Source: Phallusia mammillata
Taxonomy: Eukaryota
DNA: 64,000 nucleotides
Direction: 5' to 3'
Assembly: GCA_965637545.1 (NCBI GenBank)
Contig: OZ281497.1
Span: 8,246,001 to 8,310,000, forward strand
Shown here piece by piece: positions 24,291-37,922 of the stretch; position 1 is the stretch's first letter, and every line of letters starts with the position of its first letter. A program made the translations under genes and the position numbers. Under the pieces are notes generated by a model, which saw only the letters and a program-made list of their open reading frames with translations, did no database searches and was not told the DNA's origin.

Positions 24291-24765
24291 TCGACGAAAG
24301 ACTGTTCATTTACATAAGAATGGACTTTATTTGCATAAGTGCCACGTTAAATTTGTAAAGCCTATCTTGTTCATTAAAAGGTAACCGTCAGTACAACGCA
24401 TTTCCTGACTGTAGTGACCTGGTACATAATTGCAACCCACAATGAGAAATGTTTTATGAGGTTTTGATGCTGGTGAAACAGTGTATTGAGTTTTAATGTT
24501 GGCTTAGGCATGTTCATTAGAAACAGTTTAAATCATGGTTCTTCAGCGGGGGCGAAATCGCACACCGAGAAGGCGATGGTAAAAATTTTGGGAGTCGGGA
24601 AGCAATTTCAACATGATTAATTGTATTAATATATAAAAGAACTGCGAGCCTCAGTCAACTTTAACTAGCGAGTAGATTTGATGCATATCAGCCTAAACAT
24701 GCTGCTACTTGAGTACATTGAGTTTTTGTAATCAGATGATATACTTAGAATTACCTGTTATTCAA

Positions 24766-26217
24766 ATGGCCATTTTATTATTGTTGGTTGCATTCTGCCT
24801 GACTGCTTTTGGGGAGGCAAAACCTTGGAATACTTTTGGAGGATTTCAATATTTTGTCGAAATGACTCCAGTAAATGGGTATGCACAAGCGGAGATGGGT
24901 TGCTCCGCGTTGCAATCTAATATATCTAATATTAAAACTACAGAAATCTTTGACTTCGTCAACTCTCTTATGAATCTGACAACAGGTGAGTTGTTGCAAT
25001 ACGGTAAAACACAAAAAAATCAATAGAAGCGAAAAAAGTCGATTAACCAGTAACATTATTTAAAGGCAAGACATCAATTTTTTTATATTTTAAACCATAC
25101 AATAACTGTATCTCAGAAAGTTTGTACACATTCTACATTGGTGCAAAAAGAATCAACGGCACAAAGAAGTTTGAGTGGAGTGATGGAAGCGAAGTTTTGG
25201 TTCCAAGTACTATGTGGAAAGTAGGACAACCAAACAACAAAATCGGAAACGAGTTTCAAAGGTTCCAGTGGACCCCCTACACCGTACGGCTGGTTTGATG
25301 TACCGTGCTATCATTTTGCGGGATTTATTTGTGAGAAAGCCGTACCAGGTAACCAGAGTGATGTATGAGAAAACACAAACTGAAGTTAAAGCAATATACT
25401 GTGAATGATAAAGTAAGAATTGCTGTTCATTAGAAAAAGAAATTGGCTGCATTTTTTAAAAAGAATAATCTGCTAAACTTAACACATTGTAGCACATGCT
25501 TTCATCAATGTTTCGTTGTTGTTTCCTGTAGATCTTTCGTTTTTTTTTTTCAGGTTTTACTTCCGAAAGTGAAAACGGTAATTTCATCCTAACTGTTATA
25601 TTAGCAGTATTTATTTGGTGGCCTAATGTTCGCTATAATTTGCACTCTCGTTGTGGTAATGACGTTGCGAAGACGTAAACAAAGGTAATCATCTGCTTTG
25701 TGACAACCTATATAATTTATGATTATTCAAGTTCGACTAACCTTTATATGCAAATTATTACCACACAACACATTGTTCAAAGATGGCGAGTTAGGTTGAG
25801 TTAATTGGTAAACTGGATGGTTGTAAGGATTCATACATTTGTAAAAATGTTAACAGAGGGCTAGGCAACAATGTTTTATTCATAGATTTAGAAGATGAAA
25901 CTATGATTGCTGATTTTTTTCTGGTACAGATGAGTGCATTGAATAACTTTGTTTTACAGAGTTGAAGTAGAACGTGAACCAGTATATGAAAACGTTTTAG
26001 GTAAGTTGAATGTTTGAACCATAACAAAGAAATAAATAAACAAATCAAAAAATATTAATTTAAAGAGCTGCCATAGATTTTTCGTTAAAAGAAATTACCT
26101 ACTTTGCATTTAATTAAATATCATTTTGCCACGTGCAACAAAACAGGGCTTCGCCATGCCGAAGAAGAAGTGCACAACTTTTAGGAAGTTGAGACCGATG
26201 CCTCGCAAAGAATCTGA
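24766..26217 (+). pseudogene. C-type lectin receptor copy L2
   Basis: Exons 24766-24985, 25117-~25348, 25554-25684, 25960-26000, 26147-26217. A 17-nt deletion removes EDCVVM (stop at 25296), a 4-nt duplication disrupts the TM exon, and there is a TAG at 26182. Confidence 0.88.
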
Positions 26218-27116
26218 GAATAACATCAAGTGAATTAATTTCAACGAGTCGATTGTATATAAATATACAGGAGGAAGAATGCACACAAAGTCCACAATGA
26301 CCTGGTTCTCGCCTGTTCTAAAACAAACAAAGAATTGATATATTCATAACCTGTTTCTTATTATACTCAACTAAGATACAAAGAGAGAATGTCTTCAGTA
26401 TTCTTGAATCCAGTCTGCAGTTTTGGGTATACAATATAATAATCATAAAACCATAATGACATTATCAATTCCTATTTTTTATATTATCTCAGCATTTAAG
26501 TATATACATTAGGGCAAAGCTCTGCGTTGTAAACCGCGTTCTTGACATGTTTTTTTTTTCTGTGTACAAACAAACTGTAGTTGGGGACGCAATTTACACA
26601 AAAATTTGCACAGCCTGAATCTGCACCGACCACCGCACTATGGTTTTCTAATTTGTCTCGAATGCAGCAATGCCTGCATAAAGGGTAGAAATTCCTTCTC
26701 TGTTGCACAACAGCATTGTTTCTCTGTTACACGAACAGAAACGTTTTTTTGAATTTTACTGCCCATAGTAAATCATGAATGTTTTTAAGACTTTCAAACT
26801 ATTTTTGACAAACGTTTACCTTAAAATTGATAATGGAACACAACGATTCTGCACTGTTTTTCCTAGAAGATATATAAGGTGTAAATGCGTGAGATTTTGC
26901 GTGACATCATATATCATTCAGTTGATTCTGTCGAATTTATACGGCAAAACCGAATATTCGGAATATTCGGAAAAATAAACCAAGGCTTAAAAGAACTTAA
27001 ATAGAAAAAATATTTGTTTCAGTACTGTAAATGCGTAATGTCCGAACAGTTATGATACAGATGTCACCATGCTAACAAACAAAAACATTTTTACCCGACT
27101 AGTTAAAGCTCTATGG

Positions 27117-28037
27117 CATTGGTTCTTAACCGGGGTTCGATCGAACCCCAGGGGTTCGGTAACGCCGAATCAGAAGTACAATACAAATAAAAGTACAATA
27201 TTTTGAAGTACAATACAAATACAGTTTTTGTCAAACTTTAGGGTCTATAGTCTAGAAACGGCTAAAAACGGCAATTTGTATTTGCTCAATATCAAAACAC
27301 TTGAAAGATAAACTGATGCAGGGATGTTTTGAACTGCTCTAACAGTTTTTGTGGTACTTAAAAGAGTATTACTGGCCTAATAACCATATGTGTCAGACTT
27401 TTTGCACGCCTATTGTGTGCCAACAATGCGAACAAAACAGGACATCATAAACACTTCTCCTCGCTGTGCAGATCAATCTCTGCACCAAGCTAAAAATTAA
27501 TCTGGGCTTTTTGGGCGCTATTAGATGGTAAATACATCATATAAACCAAGTATTTTTATACAAAAAAAGCAGGTAATTGGCGGCCGTTGGTGAAATAAGA
27601 ATCTGCGATGCGACTGTCTTAGCAAAATGGTTGTGCACCCCTGCATTAAGGTTTTATTTCCCTTTTTTGACGTAACAAAGAGCATCGTTCGCGCTGTTCG
27701 TAAGCAGAAAAACAACGAAACTTTGTTGGCAGCAAAAACTTATCATTACTTCATCTTTTATATGTTTGTGTACTTATGCTAAAAATATACAATGCTTCAT
27801 TTGGGTAAAAACTAAAAATTGCCGAAATTAAAGCAATCATGAAACAAGTTGGTAATATTATTATGTCAGAATTTAACAAAATGAAAAACAGTAAATCTTG
27901 CCATTACGTTTAGTCAAAAGTTAATAATGACCCACAAAACAAATGGGTTAAAAACCTAGGATGTAACTTTGGGTTTTCGACCCAAGGCTGAAGAATATGG
28001 CAGGGGTTCGGCCGTTATGAAAAGTTAAGAACCACTG
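27117..28037. mobile_element. hAT-type non-autonomous element (921 bp)
   Basis: TIR cattggttcttaac / gttaagaaccactg; perfect TSD ctctatgg (27109-27116, 28038-28045); empty site at ~16138 in the paralogous block. Confidence 0.92.
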
Positions 28038-28111
28038 CTCTATGGTATTAGTATATTTTTATTTTACTTTTAACAGCATTCAAGATCAAGCAGCAATGTG
28101 TGTAAGTGCCT

Positions 28112-29935
28112 TCACACATAAGTAATAATGTACATTGGATAAACGCTGGCGTCTTTCAATACTACATATAGTTTGGGATCTTGCTTCTCATCAACGACAC
28201 TGTTATATGTTGTTCCGTCTCGTTTGATGGGTGCGACACTCAGATTGGATGTTCCCAAGCAATAATGTCCAGTGATAACTTCAGCCAAAATAATGTGCCT
28301 GAGTCCGTTTTGATCTGGTGCTGCATAGTCACTTGAGTAAGATGCTGTTGTAGCAAAGTACACTCCTTTTTCAAAACGAGTGCCTGCAAGAAAAAAGTTT
28401 TTGTTTGTATACATGAAATGCTTTCAGTAACAGCTTTTGTTTCTTCGCAGTTGTTAAACCAAAGATTTTACAAGGACTGCCATTTGCAAAAGGCGGCCAC
28501 AGCTAGTTTTAGTTACTTTAAACCTTGGTCAACTTGTTTTAACAAATCTGTTTATTGGTCTACAAATAAACGATGGAAATGTGGTTGAACCTGCAAGGAA
28601 GCTAATTTTGTTAATTCTTACAAAAAATAATTAAGAATGGGTATTAGAACATCAAATTGTTACCGTTCCTTCCTGCATATCCTTTGTCGAAACCATCCTT
28701 ACATATTTTTTCTACATCATCTTTTCGTGTTCCATGGAAAAGGTCCTGAGTGAGTGGAATGTGCGCTAAACCAGAAATGCGAAATTTGTCGTCTTTGCAT
28801 GTTTCTGTGCTACGAATTGCTTGTACAGCGTGGAATTTTGCACCCTTTCAATCTAAAAAAATAATTTTGCTCCTTGTCTTTATTTACACAAGAGTAACAG
28901 TAAAACCGCTTCTAAGAGAGTAATAATTTAGTTATTTGGAATGCAAATCGCTTTTATCCAGCAAAAAAACAAATGAACATTTATCACCCCTTTTTTAAGT
29001 TTTTTTTTCAAACTTGATGCAAACGTCGTTATATTCCTTTGTATTGTTGGGGACGGGGACATTCTTCCAAATGTCATTGCCCATATTCACCCACGTACTT
29101 GGATATTCTGAAAAAATTCTTTTCAAAATTGTTCCCTCGGACACAACATGGGGAATTTTAGTTTAAAAATATCAGAATAACACATGTTTCAATCTTTATA
29201 AATCAGTATTTATTATTCAGATTGTCAAGCTCAACTACTGTTAGAGATGAAAAGCTTGAAAGGCAAGTGGATACACAGATAGACCTACATATTGTTTAAA
29301 AGTGTACCTGCAGCAAGGAATTAGTTACTGCAACAACAACCGGCGTTTCAGATATAATTATTGTGCTCGGTAAAAACTCGATACTCAATACCATTTACCT
29401 GCATTGTGTTCTCGATTTCGAACCTTTCGTGTGAGTGGCTGAAATGAATTTGACACAATTTATACAATTCTGGATGCAAAATGCATGATGTGATGTACGC
29501 AGCAAATCAAAAACTTGCACTTACCACGCTTAAGCAACAGCTTTTAATTTTTCTCCAGGGCGTTTCGTTTATATCTGTTTTCCAATTTAATTTCAGTTGA
29601 CTGGATTTTGATTTTTTTTTGTATTAACATCAACATACCTAATTTGGCGTTCCACCCGGTGCAACAACTTAAAATACTAAAACCACAAGCCCACATACTG
29701 TATCTGAAACCCGAACCAAGAGACAAGCGATCTGGTAAATCTTCGAAACCACCTTCACTTACCAAAGCAACAACAATACCAGTTGAACATAGGAAACCTA
29801 CATACAGCATAAGTGGAAATTATCTAAAATAAGAGATTTTACAGTAATTAAAGTTGAAAAGAACCTGCTTGTTGCAATAGTTGTAACTAACATAGATAGT
29901 TTACGAGATTTGTAGACTTTGCACGAAAATGCGAT
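28112..29935 (-). pseudogene. Tetraspan-PARP fusion copy B, 5'-truncated and frameshifted
   Basis: Exon2 3' part ~29935-29869 (donor GC), then exons 29797-29639, 29574-29525, 29438-29399, 29107-~28980 (TAA, lost donor), 28852-28664 (1-nt deletion) and 28383-28112 (open). Exon 1 is absent. Confidence 0.88.
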
Positions 29936-30212
29936 TTTAACTTGTATGTTTCACATTTATCGAGTAGTTACGAAATAAACAAATACTTAACCATTTGTTT
30001 TGACACCAATGTAAGCAAGCCTACGTTTGTGTTTTGTGTATTATTTGACAAGGGAGACGCACAATAGCGCAACTGCAACTCACCGTTTTACAAATTCTTC
30101 AAACGTATGTTTAGGTTTCTAAACACAAAGTTTCTGAATATTATTTGATAGTGTTCAACTTAGTTTCAAAATATTGCGATTAGAAACTACTCGGGTGAAG
30201 GAAATAATGCTC

Positions 30213-30241
30213 ATTTGCATAAGAATGAACTTCATTTGCAT
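30213..30241 (+). promoter_or_regulatory. Tandem octamer (ATTTGCAT x2, 21-bp spacing) upstream of lectin L3
   Basis: Perfect octamers at 30213-30220 and 30234-30241; homologous pairs at 335/356, 24308/24329 and 37452/37473 with varying decay. Function inferred. Confidence 0.45.
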
Positions 30242-31290
30242 AAGCGTCTCGTGAACTTTATAAAGCGTTTAACGCCAATACAACGTATTTCCTGACTGTA
30301 GTCACCAGCCAGCCAGCTATAATTGCAATCCACAATAGGAAATATATTATGAGGTCTTGATGCTGATAAACATTTCTTGATAGTATACTGATTTTTAGTA
30401 TCGGCTGAGGCAAGAGTTTTAATGAAAGGAACGAGATATGTAGCTATTTATCTATCTATTTGTTAAATCTCTTTTCCTTAAGCTCTATTTAACTATTTGT
30501 TGAAAAATACTTTTAAATACTTTTAATTAAAATATTAAATACACATGTGGTTAAGTTGTTATTGTGTGTGTTTTTTTTTTGCACAAATTGCCGACAAGTA
30601 CAAGCAGTGGCTTCAATATATAAACACGTTTGTTATGAGCAATTGACTTAACTACAGTTTTTGTAATCAGATGACAATCTTTCTGTTCTTCAAATGGCCA
30701 TTTTAGCTTTGTTGGTTGCATTCAGTCTGATTGCTTTTGCGGAGGCAAAAACTTGGAATACTTTTAAAGGATTTCAATATTTTGTCGAAATGGCCCCAGT
30801 CAATACGTATGCACAAGCGGAGATGGGTTGCGCCGCATTGCAATCGAACATATCTAATATTAAAACTGTAGAAATCTTCAACTTTGTCAATTCTCGAATA
30901 AATCTAACAGGTGAGTTTTGTGTATGCACATAAAACTAAAAAAAGACACGTCGACTAGTTTCTGATATATTTTAAACCATGTAATAACTATTCGTTTTTT
31001 TTTTAGAAAGCTTGTTCTCATTTTACATTGGTGCAAAAAGAATCAACAGCACAGAGAATTTTGAGTGGATTGATGGAAGCGAAGTTTTGGTTCCAAGCAC
31101 TAAGTGGAACGAAGTGCAACCAAACAACAAAATCGAGAACGAAGACTGTGTTGTGATGAGTTTCAAAGGTTCTAATGTACCCCATCGTAAGGCTGGTTTG
31201 ACGTAGCGTGCAATAATCATACTGCGGGGTTTGTTTGTGAAAAAGCTGCACCAGGTAATCAAAGTGATGTATGAGAAAACATAAACACAA

Positions 31291-33798
31291 CCCAATCAGA
31301 AATTTATCACTGCCCCAAGCTTGATTTATCCATAAATTATCGATCAGTTGTCATAGTCCATTGATAAAATTGGGATAGACACTTGTTTATACCCCTGAAA
31401 TTTGACATCGGCCTTTCGATGGCCCACACGTGCATTATGCACTGCGCAAGTACGATAACACTTGGGTGTTCCAAACTTAAATACATTAAAATTCAGATAA
31501 CCCTTGCATGTCCCAAGCCTAAACACGATAAAATTACATACTTCTTTACCCCGGCGCATGGTAAAAATGACAACATATTTTATTTATATACACTTTGTAT
31601 TGAAAAGAACATTTCGCTTTTAATCAATGCTGCCAGTAATGCCGTAGTGCACGTCCTCATTCCATTCCCCAGCTCTTGCTCACCGTGTGATAAAACATCT
31701 GTAAACAGAATGACTGCAAGTTAGTTCAGACTTTTGAAACTTGTGATGTGATGAGAAAAATAAAAGGCTCAACCGACTTGCTGAAAAGTAGACGTCCCAA
31801 TTCTGCAACTTATTACACACATAATACTATTTTAGTCTAATTTGTTTTAACACAGTTAGTTAAAGGGACTTGAACATACAAACCAAGAACTTACCACTTA
31901 TAACAGACGATGTACATCACGCTTTCCCAAACCTATGCTGATACGTTTTTTGGTTGAAGATTCTAAATAAATTCCATTAATACCACAGTCTACACTCTTC
32001 GCCATTGTTGTATAGCAAACGATGACTCCATTTAAGCTGTCTTGAAAGTTGATGACTCGGTTTTGAAAAAGTCATAGCAGTGACACTGTAACACCTTTCT
32101 CTCCAACTGCCACACTTTGTAACTAATCAACACGAGGCACAAGTCGCAAATACTTAGTCCAGGGGTGGCCAACCTTCTACATACCATTCGCCAACTTTTT
32201 AACATACTGTGTTGGATGCGCCATAAACGTTTTAACAGTCTATTCTGGGTGCCAGACGATTTTACACAGATTAGTAAGGATCTGCTGGATTTAAAACCGT
32301 ACAGAATATCTCAATCACCCCTTTGATCCATATACCCTCCCTAATCTAAATAAAATTGTCAAAAATATCCAAAAAACAAAAAGGAACTGCGTCCCAGTTG
32401 CATGAAAGGGTTAAATTTCGAAAATAACTGCAAATGTTCACAAACGAAAGACAATGCACAACGCACCAGGTAGAGCTACTAACAGTAACACCATAGCGAG
32501 AATCAGAACTTCGCTTTCACAAAGGAGCGTAAAGAGTTGAATTTTCATTTAGCGGCTATAAATGGGTTGGGTTCGGGAAATATTTACACAAAATTTTTAT
32601 ATTAGTAACTAATTTGTTGGGTTAGTTTTATTGAGTTTTAAGTGCTTATACTATACCCTGACCCTAATAGGTCTAACCGTGAGCATTTTTGGAGATATAA
32701 CCAATCAAATTTGGGGGCAGATTCTCGTTATGGTGTTAGTAGCTCAGCTGCTGGCAGGACCGCTGCTGGCAGGACCACACGAGTATGACACGCGTACGGA
32801 AAGAGTACTCCAGTGACGGGCACGAGTATAATTTCAGTACGAAAATCAATCTCTTTATATTTTAATTAATTAGGCCTAGTCATATTTTTAACTGCAAGAA
32901 GAATAGTGGAAATAAAGATATGTTTGAATAATGTTGTGCATGAATATATATATATATATGTATAAATAATAAGGCTGGCTTACTTTATTTATTTATTAGT
33001 TTATTAATTTGATTTTCATGATTATCAAAAGAAGGCAATGCGCCCTTTCTAATCATGCAATGCGCCACGTTTGGCGCATGCGCCATAGGTTGGCCACCAC
33101 TGACTTAGTCTATCATATTCAAATACATACTCACGTGATTTTGTCAACCAATTACACAATAGGACGTTGTTTGACGTCACAAAGGAACAATTTGGACAAG
33201 ACTGTGGTTGCACACAAAGTTTTTCAAAGTCCCCAAACAATACCTAGGTGCTGTTTTTTATTTGATAAACTGTACAGTCTATTTAAATTTGTTTCAACGT
33301 TACCCGACAGCTATTAAAACACATTGCGCTTTTCGTCACCCGAAAGTTAGGTGCTGCTGTTGCTTGAACTAAATGGTGATATAATTTTACCAAAAAAGAC
33401 GCCATTTTAACGCACTACATTTTGATGTATTCGTCACATGCAGATTATGAGTTGTCCTATGATCGAACTGAAACGAACCCAGGTTGTTTTAATATTTATT
33501 ACATGCATTTTGCCAAGCGTTTCAAAACCAACACCAAGTTTTAACGCAGGTCAAATTAAACACTGTTGTAATTTAAGACAAAATGAAAAAACGAGCATTT
33601 TTCCCCAAATCAATAAATCTGACCATGCTTAAAAAATCCTTCAGGTGGCCACGCATAACAAACCAAGCTTAAAACCGCCTAAAATATCTTCGATAATCGT
33701 CAAATTAGGACCACGTGGCCGAGTGTGGCATAATCCAGACATAAACTGGTCAAATCAACAGTTGGCCGGAGATACGCCGACTTAAATTTTTGATTGGG
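31291..33798. mobile_element. DNA transposon derivative with CCC...GGG ends and 2-bp TSD (CACTA/EnSpm, CMC-like)
   Basis: 16-bp TIR cccaatcagaaattta / taaatttttgattggg (1 mismatch). The empty site acacaagttgaaaac in L1 (~1419) shows duplication of AA. Confidence 0.75.
32160..33102. mobile_element. hAT-type element nested in the CCC element
   Basis: TIR caggggtggccaacct / aggttggccaccactg; perfect TSD acttagtc (32152-32159, 33103-33110). Confidence 0.92.
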
Positions 33799-35221
33799 AA
33801 GTTGAAAACAATATATTCTGAACGATAAAATTGAGAGTGGATGGTTATCAAAGTATAAATTGGCTGTATTTTTTATTACGTATTATCTGCTAAAACGCAA
33901 CACAATGTAGCACATGTTTTCAATGTTTCAATGTTTTTTATATCATTTTTACCTTGCGTTTTTACAAGTTTTTTCCTCTAACAGTGAAAACGGAAAGATT
34001 ATCTTTACTGTTATATCAGCGGTATTTGGTGACCTGATGATCGCCAGAATTTGCACTCTCGTTGTTGTAGTGGCGTTGCGAAGACGTAAACAAAGGTGAT
34101 CACTTGCTTCTTGACAACCTATGTAATGTATGGTCATATAAGGCCGACTCACCTTTTTTGCACGATTTTGCCACACAACGAATAATTCAAAGATGACGAA
34201 TTAGTTGAGTGAATAGTTAAATTGGATGGTTGTAAGGATTCATACATTTGTAAAAATGTTAACAGAGGGCTCTGCATAATGTTATATTTACATATTAAGA
34301 TCATATAAGATAGATGATTTCATTCTGGTAACAGTGCAAACATCGAAAAACTTGTTTTACAGAGTTGACGTAGAACGTGGACCAGGATATGAAAACGATT
34401 TGGGTAAGTTATATGTTTTGACCAAAACAAAATCACGTTAAAGTAAATTTAAAGAGCTGTCATAGATTTTTCGTCAAAAGAAATACTACTTTGCATTTAA
34501 TTAAATTTCATTTTGCTAAATGCAACAACACAGAGATTCGCCATGCCGAAGAAGAAGTGCACAACATACAGGAAGTTGAAACCTATACCTCGCAAACAAT
34601 CTGAGAAAAGCAATCAAGCAAAATAATTGCTTTGCGCCGATTGTATTCTAATGTCACATTTAAATATGCAAGTTTGAACTTATAAACAGAAAGGAGAGTG
34701 CACACAACGTTCACGAAGATTTGGTTTTCTCCTGTTCCGAAACAAAAATGGATCTATTCATAACCTGTTTATTATTATACTCAACTAAGAAAAGGGAAGA
34801 AATAATGCATTCAGTATACTTGAATTAGTTTGCTTTTTTGGTTGCAAAATGTAATGAAACATTAATTTCGCCACATTACTTGCATTATCAGTTCTTATTT
34901 TTTATTTTATCTCAGCATGTTTGAATAAATACACTAGGAAATAAATACATGTAACAAACTGCAGCGGACGAAATTTACTCAAAAATCTGTGCAGCCTTGA
35001 TCTGCACCGACCACCCCACTAGTGTTTCCTAAATAGTCTCAAACGCAACACTGCCTGTCTGACGGGCACAACCTTCTCCATTGCACAACAGCATTGTTTC
35101 TCGGTTGAACGAGCAGAAACGTTTATTTACGTTTTATTCACATAGTCTAATCATGTATGTCTTTGTGAAAAGGAAAATGTAGCTTCAGTTTTGCACTTTC
35201 AAAACATTTTTGACGAACGTT

Positions 35222-37420
35222 TGTAGCATTTTATTGACATTCATATCAAACACATTGTCATCAGTTACAGCCGTAGACATTTGCGTTTGTTTTTCACACG
35301 GCTATAAACCCATGGGATTGTTATGAATCCTGACAAATGTGAATTCGGATGCACAACAGTAGCAATTTGAGGACATCAAATCACCACAAGGCATTTCTCC
35401 ACTGTCAAGCAGGGTTGAATTCATCCAAAAATTTCCTCAACCAACGTCTAAGAAAATTCTTAATGAATACTTGAGACTGTTAAATTTCTTTTATTGTTTT
35501 ATCTCTGGTGCACCAAAAATTTGCATTCCACCAAGCATTTGCAGGCACAGAGAGAAAGTTTAAATGAACAGTGGACAACTGCATTGAAGGCATCAAAACA
35601 AGCCCTGGCAAGATCAGTGATGCTTATTCACCTTAAGCATGACGCACCTACACGAATTACTAGTGATGCTTCACGCACTGCGGTTGGCGATCAACTGGAA
35701 CAACGCCACAACGGTGAATGGAAACCAATACCTTTCTTTTCAAGAAAACTTAAACCTGCAGAAACACAGTACTGTACATTTGGTTGTGAGCTTCTCTTAT
35801 TATTTATCTATTCGTCACCTTCCTTACTTTGTTGAAGGCAGGTCGTTTGCTGTATTTACTGATCACAAGCTATTAATTCATATGCTCCAACGAAAATTTA
35901 CTGCATTGTCACCTCGACAAACTCGCCATTTGTGTTTCATTTCAGTTTACCACCGACATTCACCACATAAAGGATGGAAGTAATTTTGCTGTCGACGCAT
36001 TGTCGAGAGCCAGCAACATCATCTGCAATTGATTTCGCTCTAATGGCACTTGCACAAAAAAATAATGCATATCGAACCTCGGTCACGTCACTTAATTTGT
36101 GTGATGTACCTTTGTTCGGCACAAAACTAACAATTCTTTGTGATATTTGTAAAGGCGGCTCCCCGTCCTACCGTTCTTTATGCATATCGTCGCCAAATCT
36201 ATGATGCGAATCATAATATGTCGCATCCGCAGGCTTACGCGCAAGTCGTAGACTGGTCCCAGATCGTTTTGTATCACATGGTTTGAACAAAGATGTTGGT
36301 AACTGGTAACGAACCTGTATACAAGGTCAAAAAGCTAAAATCCACAGCCGACCAGAAGATTTACCGATATCCATGTAGACATTGTCGGACCTCTTCCTCT
36401 TCTCGGGGATGCACCTACTTATCCACGTGTTTCGACCGGTCACCAGATGGTCAGAAGCTTTCCCTATTGCAGATGCAACAGCGCATTCTTGCAGAAGAGC
36501 TCTACTCCCTTGAGTCTCACGATTCGAAACGCCAAAAGCCATTACATCAGATAAAGAACGTCAGTTTGAGTCAACACTTTGTGCCAAACTTAATATGTAA
36601 TTGGGTGATCGTCGACAACGAGGACCTCCTACCATGCCCAATACAACGGAATTGTGGAACAAATGCATCGTCAGCTTAAGGCCGCTTTAAAAGCACGTTT
36701 AACAACCACCGATTGCTGGACCATCTTCCAATTGTACTGCTCGGAATGAGGTCTGCTGTACAGTAAGACCTTGGATGTTCTGCCGCAGAGTTGATGTATA
36801 GTGCTATACTACAGATGCACGGAGAGTTTATCACGTCGTCAACTGAACTACAAGATCCAACGTCGTTTTTGTCAAAACTAAAAAAGCAATGCATGACTTG
36901 CGACCGACTCCGACAACCTGGCATCGACACTCTCACGACACAGTGCCCAACTTATTACGCAATTGCAGTTTAGTTATTATTCCCAACGACGGGTACCGGA
37001 CACCCTTACAACGTGCCTGTGACGGTTCATTCAAAGTGATTCGTAAACATGCTAAATAATTTTGTCTTCAAATTAATGGGTAACAAGACATTGTGTCCAT
37101 TGACCGTTTAACACCGGCCTATATTCAACAAACTTTTATGTCGCGAGAATCTACCAATCTTGTTTTACCTGTTTCCCCTCCTATCATATCTTAACAGTGA
37201 AGCTTTCCGGTCGTGTTATTAATTTACCTTTGCGTTATCGTGTTTGACTTGAACACTGGTGTAGGGTATTGTAGCCTATCTTCAAACTACCCGCGAATCG
37301 GAAGAGCACTTGCGTTGTTGGTTTGATTGCACGCATCATTCCAATTAGTGCCTCGCAATAAACGGAATTATAACAAGTCGTGTCTAATAGTATTCAAATT
37401 AATTTTACAATATTGCAACC
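35222..37420 (+). mobile_element. 5'-truncated Gypsy remnant (RT end, RNase H, integrase, PPT, short 3' LTR)
   Basis: Broken frames: NPDKCEFG, SDASRTAVG..LEQ...PIPFFSRKLKPAETQY, FTDHK, integrase core; ggtgtagggtat then tgtagcc LTR start at ~37271. Confidence 0.87.
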
Positions 37421-37922
37421 TGAAACTGCTCGGGTCGACGAAAGACTGTTCATTTCCATAAGAATGGACTTTATTTCCAAAAGCGCCTCGTGAACTTTGT
37501 AAAGCGTATTTTGTTCATCATCAACAACCAGAAAAAGGTAACCGTCAGTACAACGCATTTCCTGACTGTAGTGACCTGGTACATAATTGCAACCCACAAT
37601 GAGAAATGATTTGTGAGGTTTTGATGCTAGTGAAACAGTGAATTGAGTTTTAATGTTGGCTTAGGCATGTTCATTTGAGACAGTTTAAATCATGGTTCTT
37701 CAGCGGGGGCGAAATCGCACACCGAGGAGTCGATGGTAACAATTTTGGGAGTCGGGGAGCAATTTCAACATGATTAATTGTATTAATTTTTAAAAGAACT
37801 TTGAGCCTCAGCCAACTTTAACTAAGGAGTAGATTTGATGCATATCAGCCTAAACATGCTGCTACTTGAGTACATTGAGTTTTTGTAATCAGATGATATA
37901 CTTAGAATCACCTGTTATTCAA

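Larger units (their letters stand above)
30694..34604 (+). pseudogene. C-type lectin receptor copy L3
   Basis: Exons 30694-30910, 31007-31254 (4-nt deletion, stop 31204-31206), 33969-34095 (TM, open), 34363-34403 and 34534-34604 (tail open to TGA); 2.5-kb transposon in intron 2. Confidence 0.88.

Noticed and set aside
33480-33700. THAP-like SFFHF stretch inside the CCC element
   Set aside because: Multiple stops and no C2CH pattern; cannot be supported.
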